Translations under genes and position numbers: made by a program
The notes under the pieces: model-generated
Told to the model about the DNA's origin: nothing
Databases searched by the model: none
Seen by the model: only the letters and a program-made list of their open reading frames with translations
Part shown: piece after piece, positions 8,296 to 17,847 of the stretch
Numbering within the stretch: position 1 is the stretch's first letter
Layout of the letters: the number at the start of each line of letters is the position of its first letter
NCBI GenBank assembly: GCA_964421215.1
Contig: CAYQWA010000041.1
Location: forward strand, 1 to 40,708
Direction: 5' to 3'
Length of the DNA stretch: 40,708 nucleotides
Source: an uncultured Bacteroidales bacterium
GTDB taxonomy: Bacteria > Bacteroidota > Bacteroidia > Bacteroidales > JAADJA01

Positions 8296-8958
8296 GTGAT
8301 CAGAACAGAAAATATTCGAAAATCCTTTGGGTCGTTGGAAGTATTAAAAGGGATCGACCTTGAGATAAAGAAAGGAGAGGTTGTTTCTATTGTTGGTGCC
8401 TCAGGAGCAGGGAAATCCACATTACTTCATATACTGGGAACACTTGACAAGCCAGACTCCGGCGATGTGTTTATAAGTGATACGAATGTGAATGTGTTAA
8501 ACGATAACAGGATATCAGAATTCCGGAACAGCCAGATTGGTTTTGTGTTTCAATTCCACCATTTATTGCCTGAATTTACTGCACTGGAAAATGTTTGTAT
8601 TCCTGCACTAATTGCAAGAAAATCAAAAACAAAGGCAAATGAAATGGCCAGAAAATTACTGGATTATCTAAACCTTAGCAACAGGCTGGATCATAAACCA
8701 TCTGAGTTATCCGGCGGAGAACAGCAGAGGGTGGCAGTGGCCAGGGCACTGGTTAATGAACCTGCGGTGGTACTTGCTGATGAACCCTCCGGTAACCTTG
8801 ATTCGAATTCTGCTGTTGAATTGCACAAACTTTTTTTTAATTTGCGTGATGAAATGGATCAGACCTTTATTATTGTAACGCATAACAAGGATCTGGCAGA
8901 TATGGCCGATAGAAAACTGACCATTTCAGATGGAATTATAGTCAATGGAAAACCTTAA
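8296..8958 (+). CDS. lolD: ABC transporter ATP-binding protein (LolD/MacB-type, lipoprotein-releasing system ATPase-like).
   Basis: Walker [11 protein letters not shown]-loop, ABC signature [15 protein letters not shown], Walker B VVLADEP, 220 aa. The gene symbol is by family resemblance only. Confidence 0.8.
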   Translation: MIRTENIRKSFGSLEVLKGIDLEIKKGEVVSIVGASGAGKSTLLHILGTLDKPDSGDVFISDTNVNVLNDNRISEFRNSQIGFVFQFHHLLPEFTALENVCIPALIARKSKTKANEMARKLLDYLNLSNRLDHKPSELSGGEQQRVAVARALVNEPAVVLADEPSGNLDSNSAVELHKLFFNLRDEMDQTFIIVTHNKDLADMADRKLTISDGIIVNGKP

Positions 8959-9021
8959 TACTATTTTAATTTTATCAACGTTAATTAATCTTTATCAGGT
9001 GTTGTAAATTATTGTTTTTGT

Positions 9022-11991
9022 ATGATATTCAGATTTTTAAAAGCAACTATATTTTTACTTACTGCGATTTTATTTTCATCTTTGGTTAATGCACAGGGTG
9101 GTATTGATTACAACACCATGGTTAATTCCGGAGATGACCACTACAATAATGGTGACTACATCAATGCAAAATCTTCCTATGAATATGCGCTAAGGATCAG
9201 GCCTGACGAGGAATACCCAAAACAAAAACTTGATAAGACCATTGAAAAGCTTCGCCAAAAGATGGCGCGGATGGAGGAGTACTCCACTATCATCAATGAG
9301 GCGGATACTTATTTCAGGAACAAGGAGTATGATAAAGCCAAAGTGATGTACCGGCAGGCCAGCACCATCATTCCAACCGAAGGATATGCTGAGGAAAAGA
9401 TCAATGAAATAAAAGGGCGGAAGGAAAAAGAAAGGAAAAATCAAATTGCATACGACGATGCAATATACCGGGCCGATAAATTTGTAAAGTACAGGAAATA
9501 CGAACAAGCCATTCAGGAATACAACAAAGCCCTGGAATTGCTTCCTACGGAACAATATCCAAGGGATAAGATCATCGAGCTGGAGAAACATCTTGAGGAC
9601 CTGGTTGCAGCAAGCAATGAATACGAAGATGTTATCAAAAATGCCGACCGTTTGTATTTTCTGAAATATTTCGAAAATGCAAAACTGGAATACCAAAAAG
9701 CTTCCGAAGCCCGTCCTGAAGAGGAATACCCAAAAAGGATGATTGAAGAGATGGATAAAATGCTGGTCCAGAAAAATGAGTTCGACCAGATCGTTACCCT
9801 GGCAGATGAGTTTTATATCAGCAAAGATCTTGAACAGGCCAAATTGAAGTATCAGGAAGCACTTAAGATTTATCCCAATGAGAGTTATCCTCAGGATATG
9901 ATCGATAAGGTCAACAATGGATTAAGAAAACAATTGGGGAAAGGCGAGATGTATGATAAATCAATTGCAGAAGGGGATAAGTTCCTGGCTGCAAAAGATT
10001 ATACCAACGCTTTGCAGGAATACAATAATGCTATTGAACTTAAGCCCAATGAACTCTACCCTCAGCGAAAAATTGAAGATATAAACCGAATCCTTGATGA
10101 AATGGCGTATGAGGAGCAGGTCTATGCGCTTGCTATAAAAATGGGAGATCAGTATTTAAATGCTGAATCCTTTATGGCTGCCAAAAAGGAATATGAAAAA
10201 GCCCTGAAGATTGACCCGGATGCAGATTATCCCAATGAACAAATGGCCATTGTAACAAAAGCGCTTGAAGAACAGGAAGCCATTAACAATAGTTACAACC
10301 TTTCTGTTGAAAAAGGAAATGAATTTATGAAGGAAGGAAAGTTTGACCTTGCGTTAAAAGAGTATGAAAATGCACTGGTTATTCTTCCTCATGATGAATT
10401 TGCATCTGGTAAAGTTGATGAGATTAAAGCATTGCAAAAGCAACTAAAGGAGAACAAAATCCTGTATCCAGAAGTAATTGCTGAAGCTGATAACTTACTT
10501 GCCAGGAATGAACTATCAGGAGCAAGAGTAAAATACATTGAGGCCTCAAACCTGGATAAAAGTAAGACTTATCCGGCTGAAAAAATCGCTGAGATTGATA
10601 AACTACTGGTCAAACAACAGGAGATTAATGATGCTTATACCAGGGCTATTGCAACTGCCGATATTTTTTATAAAAATAAGGAATATGAACGGGCGAAGGA
10701 AGAATACCAGAAAGCTGCTGATTTAAAGCCAGGTGCTACTTACCCTCAGGACAGGTTAGGTAAGATTGCCTCCATGAAGCCGGATGATATGCAGCAGGGA
10801 GATGAATATACCGAAACCCTTAAAAGAGCTGACAATTTATTTGACCTTCTACAATATGATGAAGCTAAGCTGGCCTATTTAAAGGCTTCCAATTTAAGGC
10901 CAAAAGAGCAGTACCCTAAATATAAATTAGAAGAGATTGAAAGTCTCCAGTCCGGACAGGCAGCAACCATAGCACAATACAATAAATTTGTGTCAGCAGG
11001 TGACAGAATGATGGAGTCGGAGGATTATGATGGGGCAAAGGAGAGATATAATCAAGCTACAGCAATATTTCCCAATGAGAAATATCCACAGGATAAACTC
11101 ACAGAAATTGATCAAATAATTCTTGCCAAAGAGCTGGAGGTGCAGGATAAATACAACGAAGCCATTACCGAAGCGGATGAATTATTTGATAAGAAAGAAT
11201 ATACGATGGCAGGCATAAAATATGAACTTGCGCTGAAATATAAACCCAATGAGGGATATCCTGCACAAAGGCTGGAGGAAATTGATGGCCTTGCTTCTGA
11301 GCAGGAAAAACTTGAGGACCAGTATTCCAGGCTTGTGGCTTCTGCCGACATGCTTTTTACTTCTAAAGAATACCAGGAAGCCAAAACAAAGTACATCGAA
11401 GCATCTGCGTTGTTTCCCAATGAAGAACATCCTAAAAACAGGATTGCAGAGATAAACCTTATCCATAAAGCGGAGAACCAGACTGCACAATCCGAATATG
11501 ATATTGCAATTTCTGAGGGGGATAAGTTTTTTGCTGCCTCCACTTATACGAAGGCTCTGGATTCTTATTACAAAGCAAAAGCATTAAATCCGGAAGATAC
11601 CTATCCGCAGGAGATGATTGACAAGATCCTGGAAGTTTTGGATGACAGGGCCATGAGGAAAATTCAAACATCCAGCATCACGCTTCAGAACAACCAGGAA
11701 GAAAAATTTTCCTTTGAACCACTAGAAACTACCGACAGGAAATCAAGCGTATTGATCATTAGTGCAAGGGGTATTGCATCACGTAGTTTTAAGGTTTTTG
11801 TAAACTTTGGAAAAGGAGGTTCCAAGAACGGTGGATACATTTTACCAATCACTCCGGGAGATTCCCAGGAAGAATACATAATTCCTTTAGGTAAACAACA
11901 CAAATGGTTAACTGAAGACAACAATTGGTTTAAGCTTGTTCCCCAGGGAGGATCGGTAGAAGTGACAGGAATTGAGATTGCCAAAGAGTAG
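9022..11991 (+). CDS. Secreted TPR-like repeat protein (989 aa) with about 15 tandem ~65-aa repeats and a distinct ~130-aa C-terminal domain.
   Basis: Signal peptide (MIFRFLKATIFLLTAILFSSLVNAQ). The repeating unit has the form ..AD.xF..KxYxxAxxxYxxAxxxxPxExYPxxKIxEIxxxL.., for example YPKQKLDKTIEKL, YPRDKIIELEKHL, YPAEKIAEIDKLL. Confidence 0.75.
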   Translation: MIFRFLKATIFLLTAILFSSLVNAQGGIDYNTMVNSGDDHYNNGDYINAKSSYEYALRIRPDEEYPKQKLDKTIEKLRQKMARMEEYSTIINEADTYFRNKEYDKAKVMYRQASTIIPTEGYAEEKINEIKGRKEKERKNQIAYDDAIYRADKFVKYRKYEQAIQEYNKALELLPTEQYPRDKIIELEKHLEDLVAASNEYEDVIKNADRLYFLKYFENAKLEYQKASEARPEEEYPKRMIEEMDKMLVQKNEFDQIVTLADEFYISKDLEQAKLKYQEALKIYPNESYPQDMIDKVNNGLRKQLGKGEMYDKSIAEGDKFLAAKDYTNALQEYNNAIELKPNELYPQRKIEDINRILDEMAYEEQVYALAIKMGDQYLNAESFMAAKKEYEKALKIDPDADYPNEQMAIVTKALEEQEAINNSYNLSVEKGNEFMKEGKFDLALKEYENALVILPHDEFASGKVDEIKALQKQLKENKILYPEVIAEADNLLARNELSGARVKYIEASNLDKSKTYPAEKIAEIDKLLVKQQEINDAYTRAIATADIFYKNKEYERAKEEYQKAADLKPGATYPQDRLGKIASMKPDDMQQGDEYTETLKRADNLFDLLQYDEAKLAYLKASNLRPKEQYPKYKLEEIESLQSGQAATIAQYNKFVSAGDRMMESEDYDGAKERYNQATAIFPNEKYPQDKLTEIDQIILAKELEVQDKYNEAITEADELFDKKEYTMAGIKYELALKYKPNEGYPAQRLEEIDGLASEQEKLEDQYSRLVASADMLFTSKEYQEAKTKYIEASALFPNEEHPKNRIAEINLIHKAENQTAQSEYDIAISEGDKFFAASTYTKALDSYYKAKALNPEDTYPQEMIDKILEVLDDRAMRKIQTSSITLQNNQEEKFSFEPLETTDRKSSVLIISARGIASRSFKVFVNFGKGGSKNGGYILPITPGDSQEEYIIPLGKQHKWLTEDNNWFKLVPQGGSVEVTGIEIAKE
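9100..11650 (+). repeat. Intragenic tandem repeat array: about 15 divergent ~195-nt units encoding the TPR-like repeats.
   Basis: The ExYPxxxIxEI motif recurs every 60-68 codons along the CDS. Confidence 0.6.
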
Positions 11992-12000
11992 GCTTTTACG

Positions 12001-12135
12001 GATAAATTCTAATTTCTAAATAAGCCACAAATATAACATTTGTATAGTTTCAAGGATATTGGATTTTGGAATTTAGAATATTGGAATTTCTTTAAAAAAT
12101 TAGATCAATTAGGTCAATTAGGTCAATTAATCCTT
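12001..12135. repeat. AT-rich intergenic repeat element (locus B). It shares a 26-bp identical word with locus A and carries a CAATTAGGT x3 mini-tandem repeat.
   Basis: TTTTGGAATTTAGAATATTGGAATTT at 12064-12089. aattagatCAATTAGGTCAATTAGGTCAATTA at 12100-12131. It lies between convergent genes. Confidence 0.6.
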
Positions 12136-13359
12136 TTACTCCTCAACCCGTTTGCTCCCAATATAAATTTCCATTTCAGGTATTTTTTCTTTTGATCCCA
12201 TGAGTCCCATCATCATTACCAGACTGGACAGGATAATTACAAAAAACAATACACCTTCGCTGATGATCCCGAGGCTTAACTCCCTGGGTATGGAATAAAA
12301 CAGGAGAATGGTAATTAATCCGCGTGGTGCCACATAAAGTTCCGGGATCAGGTTCCTTCGAGCTAAAAACTTCAGGTACAAGAATCTTAGACCATAAATA
12401 ATTCCAACAATGATCACACCCGTAATTATAATTCTGGCATTGAACATTTTTTGAAGGTGCAGGGTAAAACCGAAAATAAAGAAGAACAGCGTCCTTATCA
12501 AGAATGCCGATTCATTGGTGATGAGCTTAAACCGTTCAATACCGTCCTGCAACTTATCGACATTTAGGTATTTAGCTATTCGTTTATTCGCCCACAAGTC
12601 CAGGTTGTTAAGGATGAGGCCGAAAAATAAGATCATCAGTAAGGAGGAGAGATGCACCATCTTACCAAAAGCATACAGCAGCACCATAACAGCAATCAGC
12701 AGGAAGAATTTAATATTCATTGTTGTTTTATCAATGAACAGCAGGATCAGACCTGATACCACAACGGATACAAGGATCACAATGAAAAAATCTGCGATTA
12801 ACCATGTGGCAGATTGCATTTCAAAAGTTGGATTACTTACTACTGCATTAAAAAATAAGATCCCTAAAATATCAGAGAAAATGGACTCGTAAATGATGAA
12901 TTCCTTTTTCTTCTCCTGCATCTGTCCTACACTGGGAATTGCTATAGCACTGCTGATCACAGCAAAAGGAATTGCATTGACCAGACAGGTATAGAAGGAA
13001 ATATCTTTCATGAATAATTGTAATCCATAGGCAATGGATAATGCAGAAACCACCAATATGACAAGGGCTGAAAAAAATGAACGTACAATGATCCAGAATT
13101 TATCACGCTTTAACCTCAGGTCAAGGGCGCCTTCAAGGACTATCAGGATCAAACCAACTATTCCAAAAAATTCTAGGACCGTTTTGGTGTTCGGTATGTC
13201 ATAACCCATCTGGTCGAAGATTATCCTGGCTCCGATCCCTGTGATAAGCAACATTAAAACCGATGGTATCTTGGTTCTGTAAGAAAGTGCACTGTATGCA
13301 TACGAAAGGATGACCAAAATACTTATCAGAATTATAATTATGTAGGAATTGTCAAACAT
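12136..13359 (-). CDS. Cation:proton antiporter (Na+/H+ exchanger family) membrane protein. The likely start is the ATG at 13359 (MFDNSYIII...), not the ORF-track start at 13383.
   Basis: About 11-12 predicted TM helices. The N-terminal motif ..TKIPSVLMLLITGIGARIIF.. resembles CPA1/CPA2 antiporters. A CAAAGATA -7 box (rc TATCTTTG) lies at 13392-13399. Confidence 0.55.
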   Translation of the reverse strand: MFDNSYIIIILISILVILSYAYSALSYRTKIPSVLMLLITGIGARIIFDQMGYDIPNTKTVLEFFGIVGLILIVLEGALDLRLKRDKFWIIVRSFFSALVILVVSALSIAYGLQLFMKDISFYTCLVNAIPFAVISSAIAIPSVGQMQEKKKEFIIYESIFSDILGILFFNAVVSNPTFEMQSATWLIADFFIVILVSVVVSGLILLFIDKTTMNIKFFLLIAVMVLLYAFGKMVHLSSLLMILFFGLILNNLDLWANKRIAKYLNVDKLQDGIERFKLITNESAFLIRTLFFFIFGFTLHLQKMFNARIIITGVIIVGIIYGLRFLYLKFLARRNLIPELYVAPRGLITILLFYSIPRELSLGIISEGVLFFVIILSSLVMMMGLMGSKEKIPEMEIYIGSKRVEE

Positions 13360-13432
13360 AGGATATAGTTTATCAAAACACAAAGATAAAATGAACCATG
13401 AATTATGCCTTCATATTTACCAAATAAATTAT

Positions 13433-14083
13433 TCAGCCAATAATATTCAGTTCCTCGCCAGGATTGGCAAAAGAAAGGCGAGCAAGCTTGGTGGTCCAAT
13501 AGTAAGTATCAAGACCTGAAGATGTTATGGTGTTCGTTACTCCGAGGTCTACCAGTCCATCGGAATGGACAGCATTTTTTGGTACAATCAATTCAACCAC
13601 TTCACCAATTACCAAAATCGATCCGTTGCTTTTTATTTCAACCTCCTCTTTAAATTTTAAACCGATCTTTACCGGGGATTCCTCCACGTAAGGAGCTTCA
13701 AGTGCGCCTGAGTAATATGGTGTCAGGCCTACAATATCGAATTCTGATTTATCTTCATTTTTATACCTCGCTGCTGTTTGATGAGCCCTGTGATAGAATT
13801 TATGAGTTACATGGTTAACCGTATAAACATTGGTTTCTATAATGTTGGATAATGTATGCCTGGGTCTTACCGGTGTTCTTACCACCATTCCCATCAAGGG
13901 TGGGTTTGAACCCAGATGAATGACTGTGTTATAAATGGCAAGGTTGGTTTTTTTCTTACTGTTAATGGTACCTATGAGGTTTGTGCTTTTGTAACCACAT
14001 AGCGAATTGATCAGGTTGTTCTTAAATTCTTTTTGGAGTTTATTCAGGTCCCTGCTGCTGTAACTAATGTTATCAGATTTCAT
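13433..14083 (-). CDS. Flavin reductase family protein (FMN-binding split barrel).
   Basis: ..LCGYKSTNLIGTINSKKKTNLAIYNTV.. and the overall ~215-aa size fit NADH:FMN oxidoreductase/flavin reductase-like proteins. Confidence 0.55.
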   Translation of the reverse strand: MKSDNISYSSRDLNKLQKEFKNNLINSLCGYKSTNLIGTINSKKKTNLAIYNTVIHLGSNPPLMGMVVRTPVRPRHTLSNIIETNVYTVNHVTHKFYHRAHQTAARYKNEDKSEFDIVGLTPYYSGALEAPYVEESPVKIGLKFKEEVEIKSNGSILVIGEVVELIVPKNAVHSDGLVDLGVTNTITSSGLDTYYWTTKLARLSFANPGEELNIIG

Positions 14084-14206
14084 CTTACATATAAGTTGGC
14101 ATCGGCTAGGCCGATGGATTTATGATTAAATTTGAACTATAAACCCCTTATATTTTGTGTAATTGATAACGTTTACTCTTGATTTTATTTTGGTCAGAAA
14201 TTAGAT

Positions 14207-15355
14207 CTAACCTTGCAACTTTTCCATATCGACCTCAAAATCATATGTCTTTCTCCTTGGACAGTAGGGCAAAACCACTTCATCAGCATCATCTTTATAT
14301 TCTGCCTCTGCACAATCGGTTGGATCGCAGCAGGTATGACAAACCCTTTTGTATGCCCTGAAATCCTGCAATTCAACATCAATAGAAAGAAAATCTTCTT
14401 TCCTGGGCTCTTCTCTCAGGAGGTCGGTACTTAAGTATTTTTTATTGCTGTCGGGCAATACAGTTACAACAACAGAATCCTTTCCAAGTTCATTTTGAAT
14501 TTTTAAAGCACCTAAAAAATTTGCACCCGAGGAAATACCAACACCGATTCCAAGGATGCTTGCAAGCTGTTGTGCCATTATTATAGCATCTCCGTCATCC
14601 ACCTGCACTACCGAATCCAGTTTGTCCAGTTTAACGATGGAAGGAATAAATTCATCTGAAATTCCCTGGATACGGTGCTTTCCAACTTTATAACCAGTCG
14701 TAAGGGTAGGGGAGTTTGCCGGCTCCAATGGATGTACCCTGATGCCAGGATCAATTTCTTTCAGGAATTTACCTACTCCCATAACCGTTCCTCCAGTACC
14801 TACTCCGGCCACAAATGCATCCGGTTTTATATAACGGTATTTCAGCTGCCACCATAACTCAGGTCCGGTGGTCAGGTAATGAGCATCCACATTATATTCA
14901 TTGGCGAACTGGCTGGGTAGAAAACTTGCGTCCATCTTTTCTGCAAGTTCTTCAGCCATTTTAATACTTCCCAGAAATCCACCCTCTTCTTTGCTGACAA
15001 GACGGATTTCGGAGCCAAAACTCCGGATCAGGTTTTTACGCTCATCACTCATCCAGTCGGGCATAAAGATCGTGACCGGATGTCCAAGTGCCCTGCCAAT
15101 AGCGGCAACCGAAATCCCTGTATTTCCACTGGTGGCTTCAACGATTCTTGCTCCTGGCTTAAGTTGTCCGTTTGTGGTGGCGGTAGCTAAAATATGAAAG
15201 GCCATGCGGTCCTTAATACTACCGGTCATGTTAAGGTTTTCAGCTTTCGCATAAATTATTCTTTCTTCTCCTTTATAGGTAAACCTAATTTCAAGCAATG
15301 GTGTATTGCCTACTAAACTTGAAAGACCAATGATTTTCTTTTCAACAACTGTCAT
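14207..15355 (-). CDS. Cysteine synthase family PLP enzyme (CysK/CysM-like) with a ~70-aa Cys-rich C-terminal extension.
   Basis: PLP-lysine motif TGSIKDRMA, Asn loop [12 protein letters not shown], Gly loop [11 protein letters not shown], and ..[19 protein letters not shown]. An extra tail follows: ..[27 protein letters not shown]... Confidence 0.8.
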   Translation of the reverse strand: MTVVEKKIIGLSSLVGNTPLLEIRFTYKGEERIIYAKAENLNMTGSIKDRMAFHILATATTNGQLKPGARIVEATSGNTGISVAAIGRALGHPVTIFMPDWMSDERKNLIRSFGSEIRLVSKEEGGFLGSIKMAEELAEKMDASFLPSQFANEYNVDAHYLTTGPELWWQLKYRYIKPDAFVAGVGTGGTVMGVGKFLKEIDPGIRVHPLEPANSPTLTTGYKVGKHRIQGISDEFIPSIVKLDKLDSVVQVDDGDAIIMAQQLASILGIGVGISSGANFLGALKIQNELGKDSVVVTVLPDSNKKYLSTDLLREEPRKEDFLSIDVELQDFRAYKRVCHTCCDPTDCAEAEYKDDADEVVLPYCPRRKTYDFEVDMEKLQG

Positions 15356-15527
15356 GAATCAGAGCTTTAATTGCAATGCAAATAGTTAAATATATTGATA
15401 AAAATATATAATATTGCTTACGCGCATGCACGAAGTTGTAATTTATAAAGTTTACAAATTGGAATCAATGCATTTTGCATTTCAAACTTAATGCAATAAG
15501 ATGATGAAAAGTCGTTATTTTAATTAT

Positions 15528-15535
15528 TAATTTTG
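15528..15535 (+). promoter_or_regulatory. Bacteroidota-type -7 promoter element TAATTTTG.
   Basis: Matches the TAnnTTTG consensus, 22 nt upstream of the ATG at 15557. Confidence 0.35.
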
Positions 15536-15556
15536 CCGTTCTAAAGATACAGTGTT

Positions 15557-17020
15557 ATGGAAAATTATTTCAGGAAATTCAGGGAACAGACAATTGGAAA
15601 TGAACTGAGATTCAATACTCCATACGGGGAACAATCAATGATCTATGCCGATTGGATTGCCAGTGGCAGGTTGTATGAACCCATTGAAGAAAAGATACAA
15701 AAAACTTTTGGACCCTATGTTGGGAATACCCATACCGAAACATCAGAAACAGGAACATTAATGACCAAGGCCTATCACCTGGCACAAAAAAAGATAAAGG
15801 ACCATGTTAATGCCGGACCGGACGATGTTATCATTACTACTGGTATTGGCATGACAGGGGTGATCAATAAATTTCAGCGGATCCTGGGTTTGAAACATTG
15901 CAAGGAAATAACAGGTGGAAATTGTTTAAAGGATCATGAAAGGCCGGTAGTTTTTATTACTCATATGGAGCATCATTCGAATCATACTTCCTGGTTTGAG
16001 ACGGTGACCGATGTGGTTGTCATTCCTCCGGGAGATGGACTGCTGGTCGATCTGGATGTCCTCAGAGCTGAGCTGGAAAAGTACAAAGACCGGAAAATGA
16101 AAATTGGTGCTTTTACTGCATGTTCAAATGTAACCGGAGTTTTTACACCTATCCATCAAATGGCAAAAATAATGCATGAATACAGCGGCTACTGTTTTGT
16201 TGATTATGCCGCTTCTGCACCTTATGTTGATATTAACATGCATCCGGAAGATCCCATGGAGAAACTTGACGCTGTGTTTTTTTCGCCCCATAAGTTTTTA
16301 GGTGGCCCTGGCAGCTCAGGCGTTATGGTTTTCTGTTCCTCTTTGTATAAAAACCCAACACCTGATCAACCCGGAGGAGGCACAGTTGATTGGACCAATG
16401 CATGGGGCGAATACAAATACATTGACGATATAGAAGCACGGGAAGATGGCGGAACACCCGGATTCTTACAGGCCATTCGAACTGCACTATCCATTGAAGT
16501 GAAAAACCAGATGGGTACTGATAATATTGAAAAAAGAGAAAAGGAACTTATCTCAATTGCTTTTAAAGAATTAGAAAAGATCCGGTCAGTACATATACTT
16601 GCTGATAATGTTAAAGACAGGCTTGGTGTTATTTCTTTTTATATGCTGGGAGTACATTACAACATGGTGGTGAAAATTCTTAATGATCGCTTTGGAATTC
16701 AGGTAAGAGGCGGTTGTGCATGTGCCGGCACCTACGGACATTATCTACTGGACGTTAGCTATGAACATTCAAAAGAAATTACGGATAAGATCAATTCAGG
16801 GGATCTTTCGGAAAAACCAGGCTGGATAAGGCTTTCATTACATCCAACCATGACCAATGATGAGCTGTATGCATGTATTGATGCCATTAAACAAATTGAA
16901 AAGAACATTGATTCCTGGTCGAACGATTATGTATATAACAAACATACTAATGAATTCAGGCACAGAGATGAGCCGGAAGACAAAACCATAATTGTCAAAG
17001 ACTGGTTCACTATGGATTAA
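15557..17020 (+). CDS. Aminotransferase class V-fold PLP enzyme (cysteine desulfurase / selenocysteine lyase-like).
   Basis: N-terminal region resembles IscS/SufS (..IYADWIASGRL.., ..VIITTGIGMTGVINKF..). PLP lysine in SPHKFLGGPGSSGVMVF. Candidate active-site Cys in VRGGCACAGTYGH. At 487 aa it is longer than a typical IscS. Confidence 0.65.
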   Translation: MENYFRKFREQTIGNELRFNTPYGEQSMIYADWIASGRLYEPIEEKIQKTFGPYVGNTHTETSETGTLMTKAYHLAQKKIKDHVNAGPDDVIITTGIGMTGVINKFQRILGLKHCKEITGGNCLKDHERPVVFITHMEHHSNHTSWFETVTDVVVIPPGDGLLVDLDVLRAELEKYKDRKMKIGAFTACSNVTGVFTPIHQMAKIMHEYSGYCFVDYAASAPYVDINMHPEDPMEKLDAVFFSPHKFLGGPGSSGVMVFCSSLYKNPTPDQPGGGTVDWTNAWGEYKYIDDIEAREDGGTPGFLQAIRTALSIEVKNQMGTDNIEKREKELISIAFKELEKIRSVHILADNVKDRLGVISFYMLGVHYNMVVKILNDRFGIQVRGGCACAGTYGHYLLDVSYEHSKEITDKINSGDLSEKPGWIRLSLHPTMTNDELYACIDAIKQIEKNIDSWSNDYVYNKHTNEFRHRDEPEDKTIIVKDWFTMD

Positions 17021-17111
17021 CTCCCAACTTCGAGCTTCGAACTGTTTACTTATAACCTTTCTAAATAGCGCCAATAACAAGCGTTTTAGGGGATTCTGTT
17101 GAATTTTTTCT

Positions 17112-17119
17112 TATATTTG
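17112..17119 (+). promoter_or_regulatory. Bacteroidota-type -7 promoter element TATATTTG.
   Basis: Matches the TAnnTTTG consensus, 30 nt upstream of the ATG at 17149. Confidence 0.3.
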
Positions 17120-17148
17120 GCAGGCAAACCAATTCATATTATACAATC

Positions 17149-17805
17149 ATGACAGAATGGTGGGAATCCCTTAGTTCTTTTGAGCAAGTTTTCTGGTATA
17201 TCGCTATACCTTTTTCAGTAATCCTGTTAATTCAGATGATCCTCACATTTTCAGGAATGGGTGGTGGTGATTCTGATATTGGTGAAGGGGATACGGATAT
17301 ATCCGGAATGGACCTGGAAGTTGATACAGATATCGATGTATCAGACATTTCCGATGCCGGTGATGCGACAGATATTGGCGATGTTGACATATCTTTCCAT
17401 TTTTTTACCGTTCGAAACTTTATAGCCTTTTTTACCATGTTCGGTTGGGCTGGCATTGCAGCCTGGAACGAAGGCATGAATAAAACCTGGACCATTACGA
17501 TCGCTATTGTTGTCGGGTTGATAACGATGGCTGTAGTTTCGGCCTTGTTCTATTACATGAGCAAATTGCAGGATGCCGGAGGTGGAATTAAGATCAGGAA
17601 TGCCCTCAATCAGATCGGAAATGTATACATTCCTATTAAAGCAGATGGTGGAAATGTAGGGAAAATTCAGATCACTATTCAGGATTCCCTGCGTGAAATG
17701 CCTGCAATTACAAAAGGAGATGAAGATCTGTCTACCGGAACAGTTGTTAAAGTAGTTGGAATTGTGAGTAACAGCATTCTGGTGGTACAAAAGATGTCGA
17801 AATAA
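17149..17805 (+). CDS. NfeD-like / YqiJ-family inner-membrane protein, partner of the flotillin gene that follows.
   Basis: TM segments flank an acidic D/E/G-rich low-complexity stretch (GGGDSDIGEGDTDISGMDLEVDTDIDVSDISDAGDATDIGDVDI). The C-terminus is an OB-fold-like region. Its position immediately upstream of a flotillin gene mirrors yqiJ-yqiK. Confidence 0.65.
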   Translation: MTEWWESLSSFEQVFWYIAIPFSVILLIQMILTFSGMGGGDSDIGEGDTDISGMDLEVDTDIDVSDISDAGDATDIGDVDISFHFFTVRNFIAFFTMFGWAGIAAWNEGMNKTWTITIAIVVGLITMAVVSALFYYMSKLQDAGGGIKIRNALNQIGNVYIPIKADGGNVGKIQITIQDSLREMPAITKGDEDLSTGTVVKVVGIVSNSILVVQKMSK

Positions 17806-17847
17806 AACTTAATAATTAACTAATACCAAACTTCTAATCAAAACATT

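Noticed and set aside
9190-11984. Antisense and alternate-frame ORFs inside the TPR gene (9190-9696, 10538-10726, 11112-11543, 11182-11490, 11249-11455, 11459-11671, 11685-11984).
   Set aside because: All are fully contained in the 989-aa repeat-protein CDS. Long shadow ORFs are expected in low-stop AT/GA-rich repetitive coding sequence.
12100-12131. CRISPR array check.
   Set aside because: The only short direct repeats in the window are the 9-bp CAATTAGGT triplet and the in-frame 60-nt flotillin repeats. Neither has repeat-spacer architecture, and no cas genes are present.
17021-17075. TTCGAGCTTCGAA-type hairpin after the class-V PLP gene, considered as a terminator.
   Set aside because: The dyad is imperfect and bulged, with only a weak downstream T-run. 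I judged it too weak to annotate.
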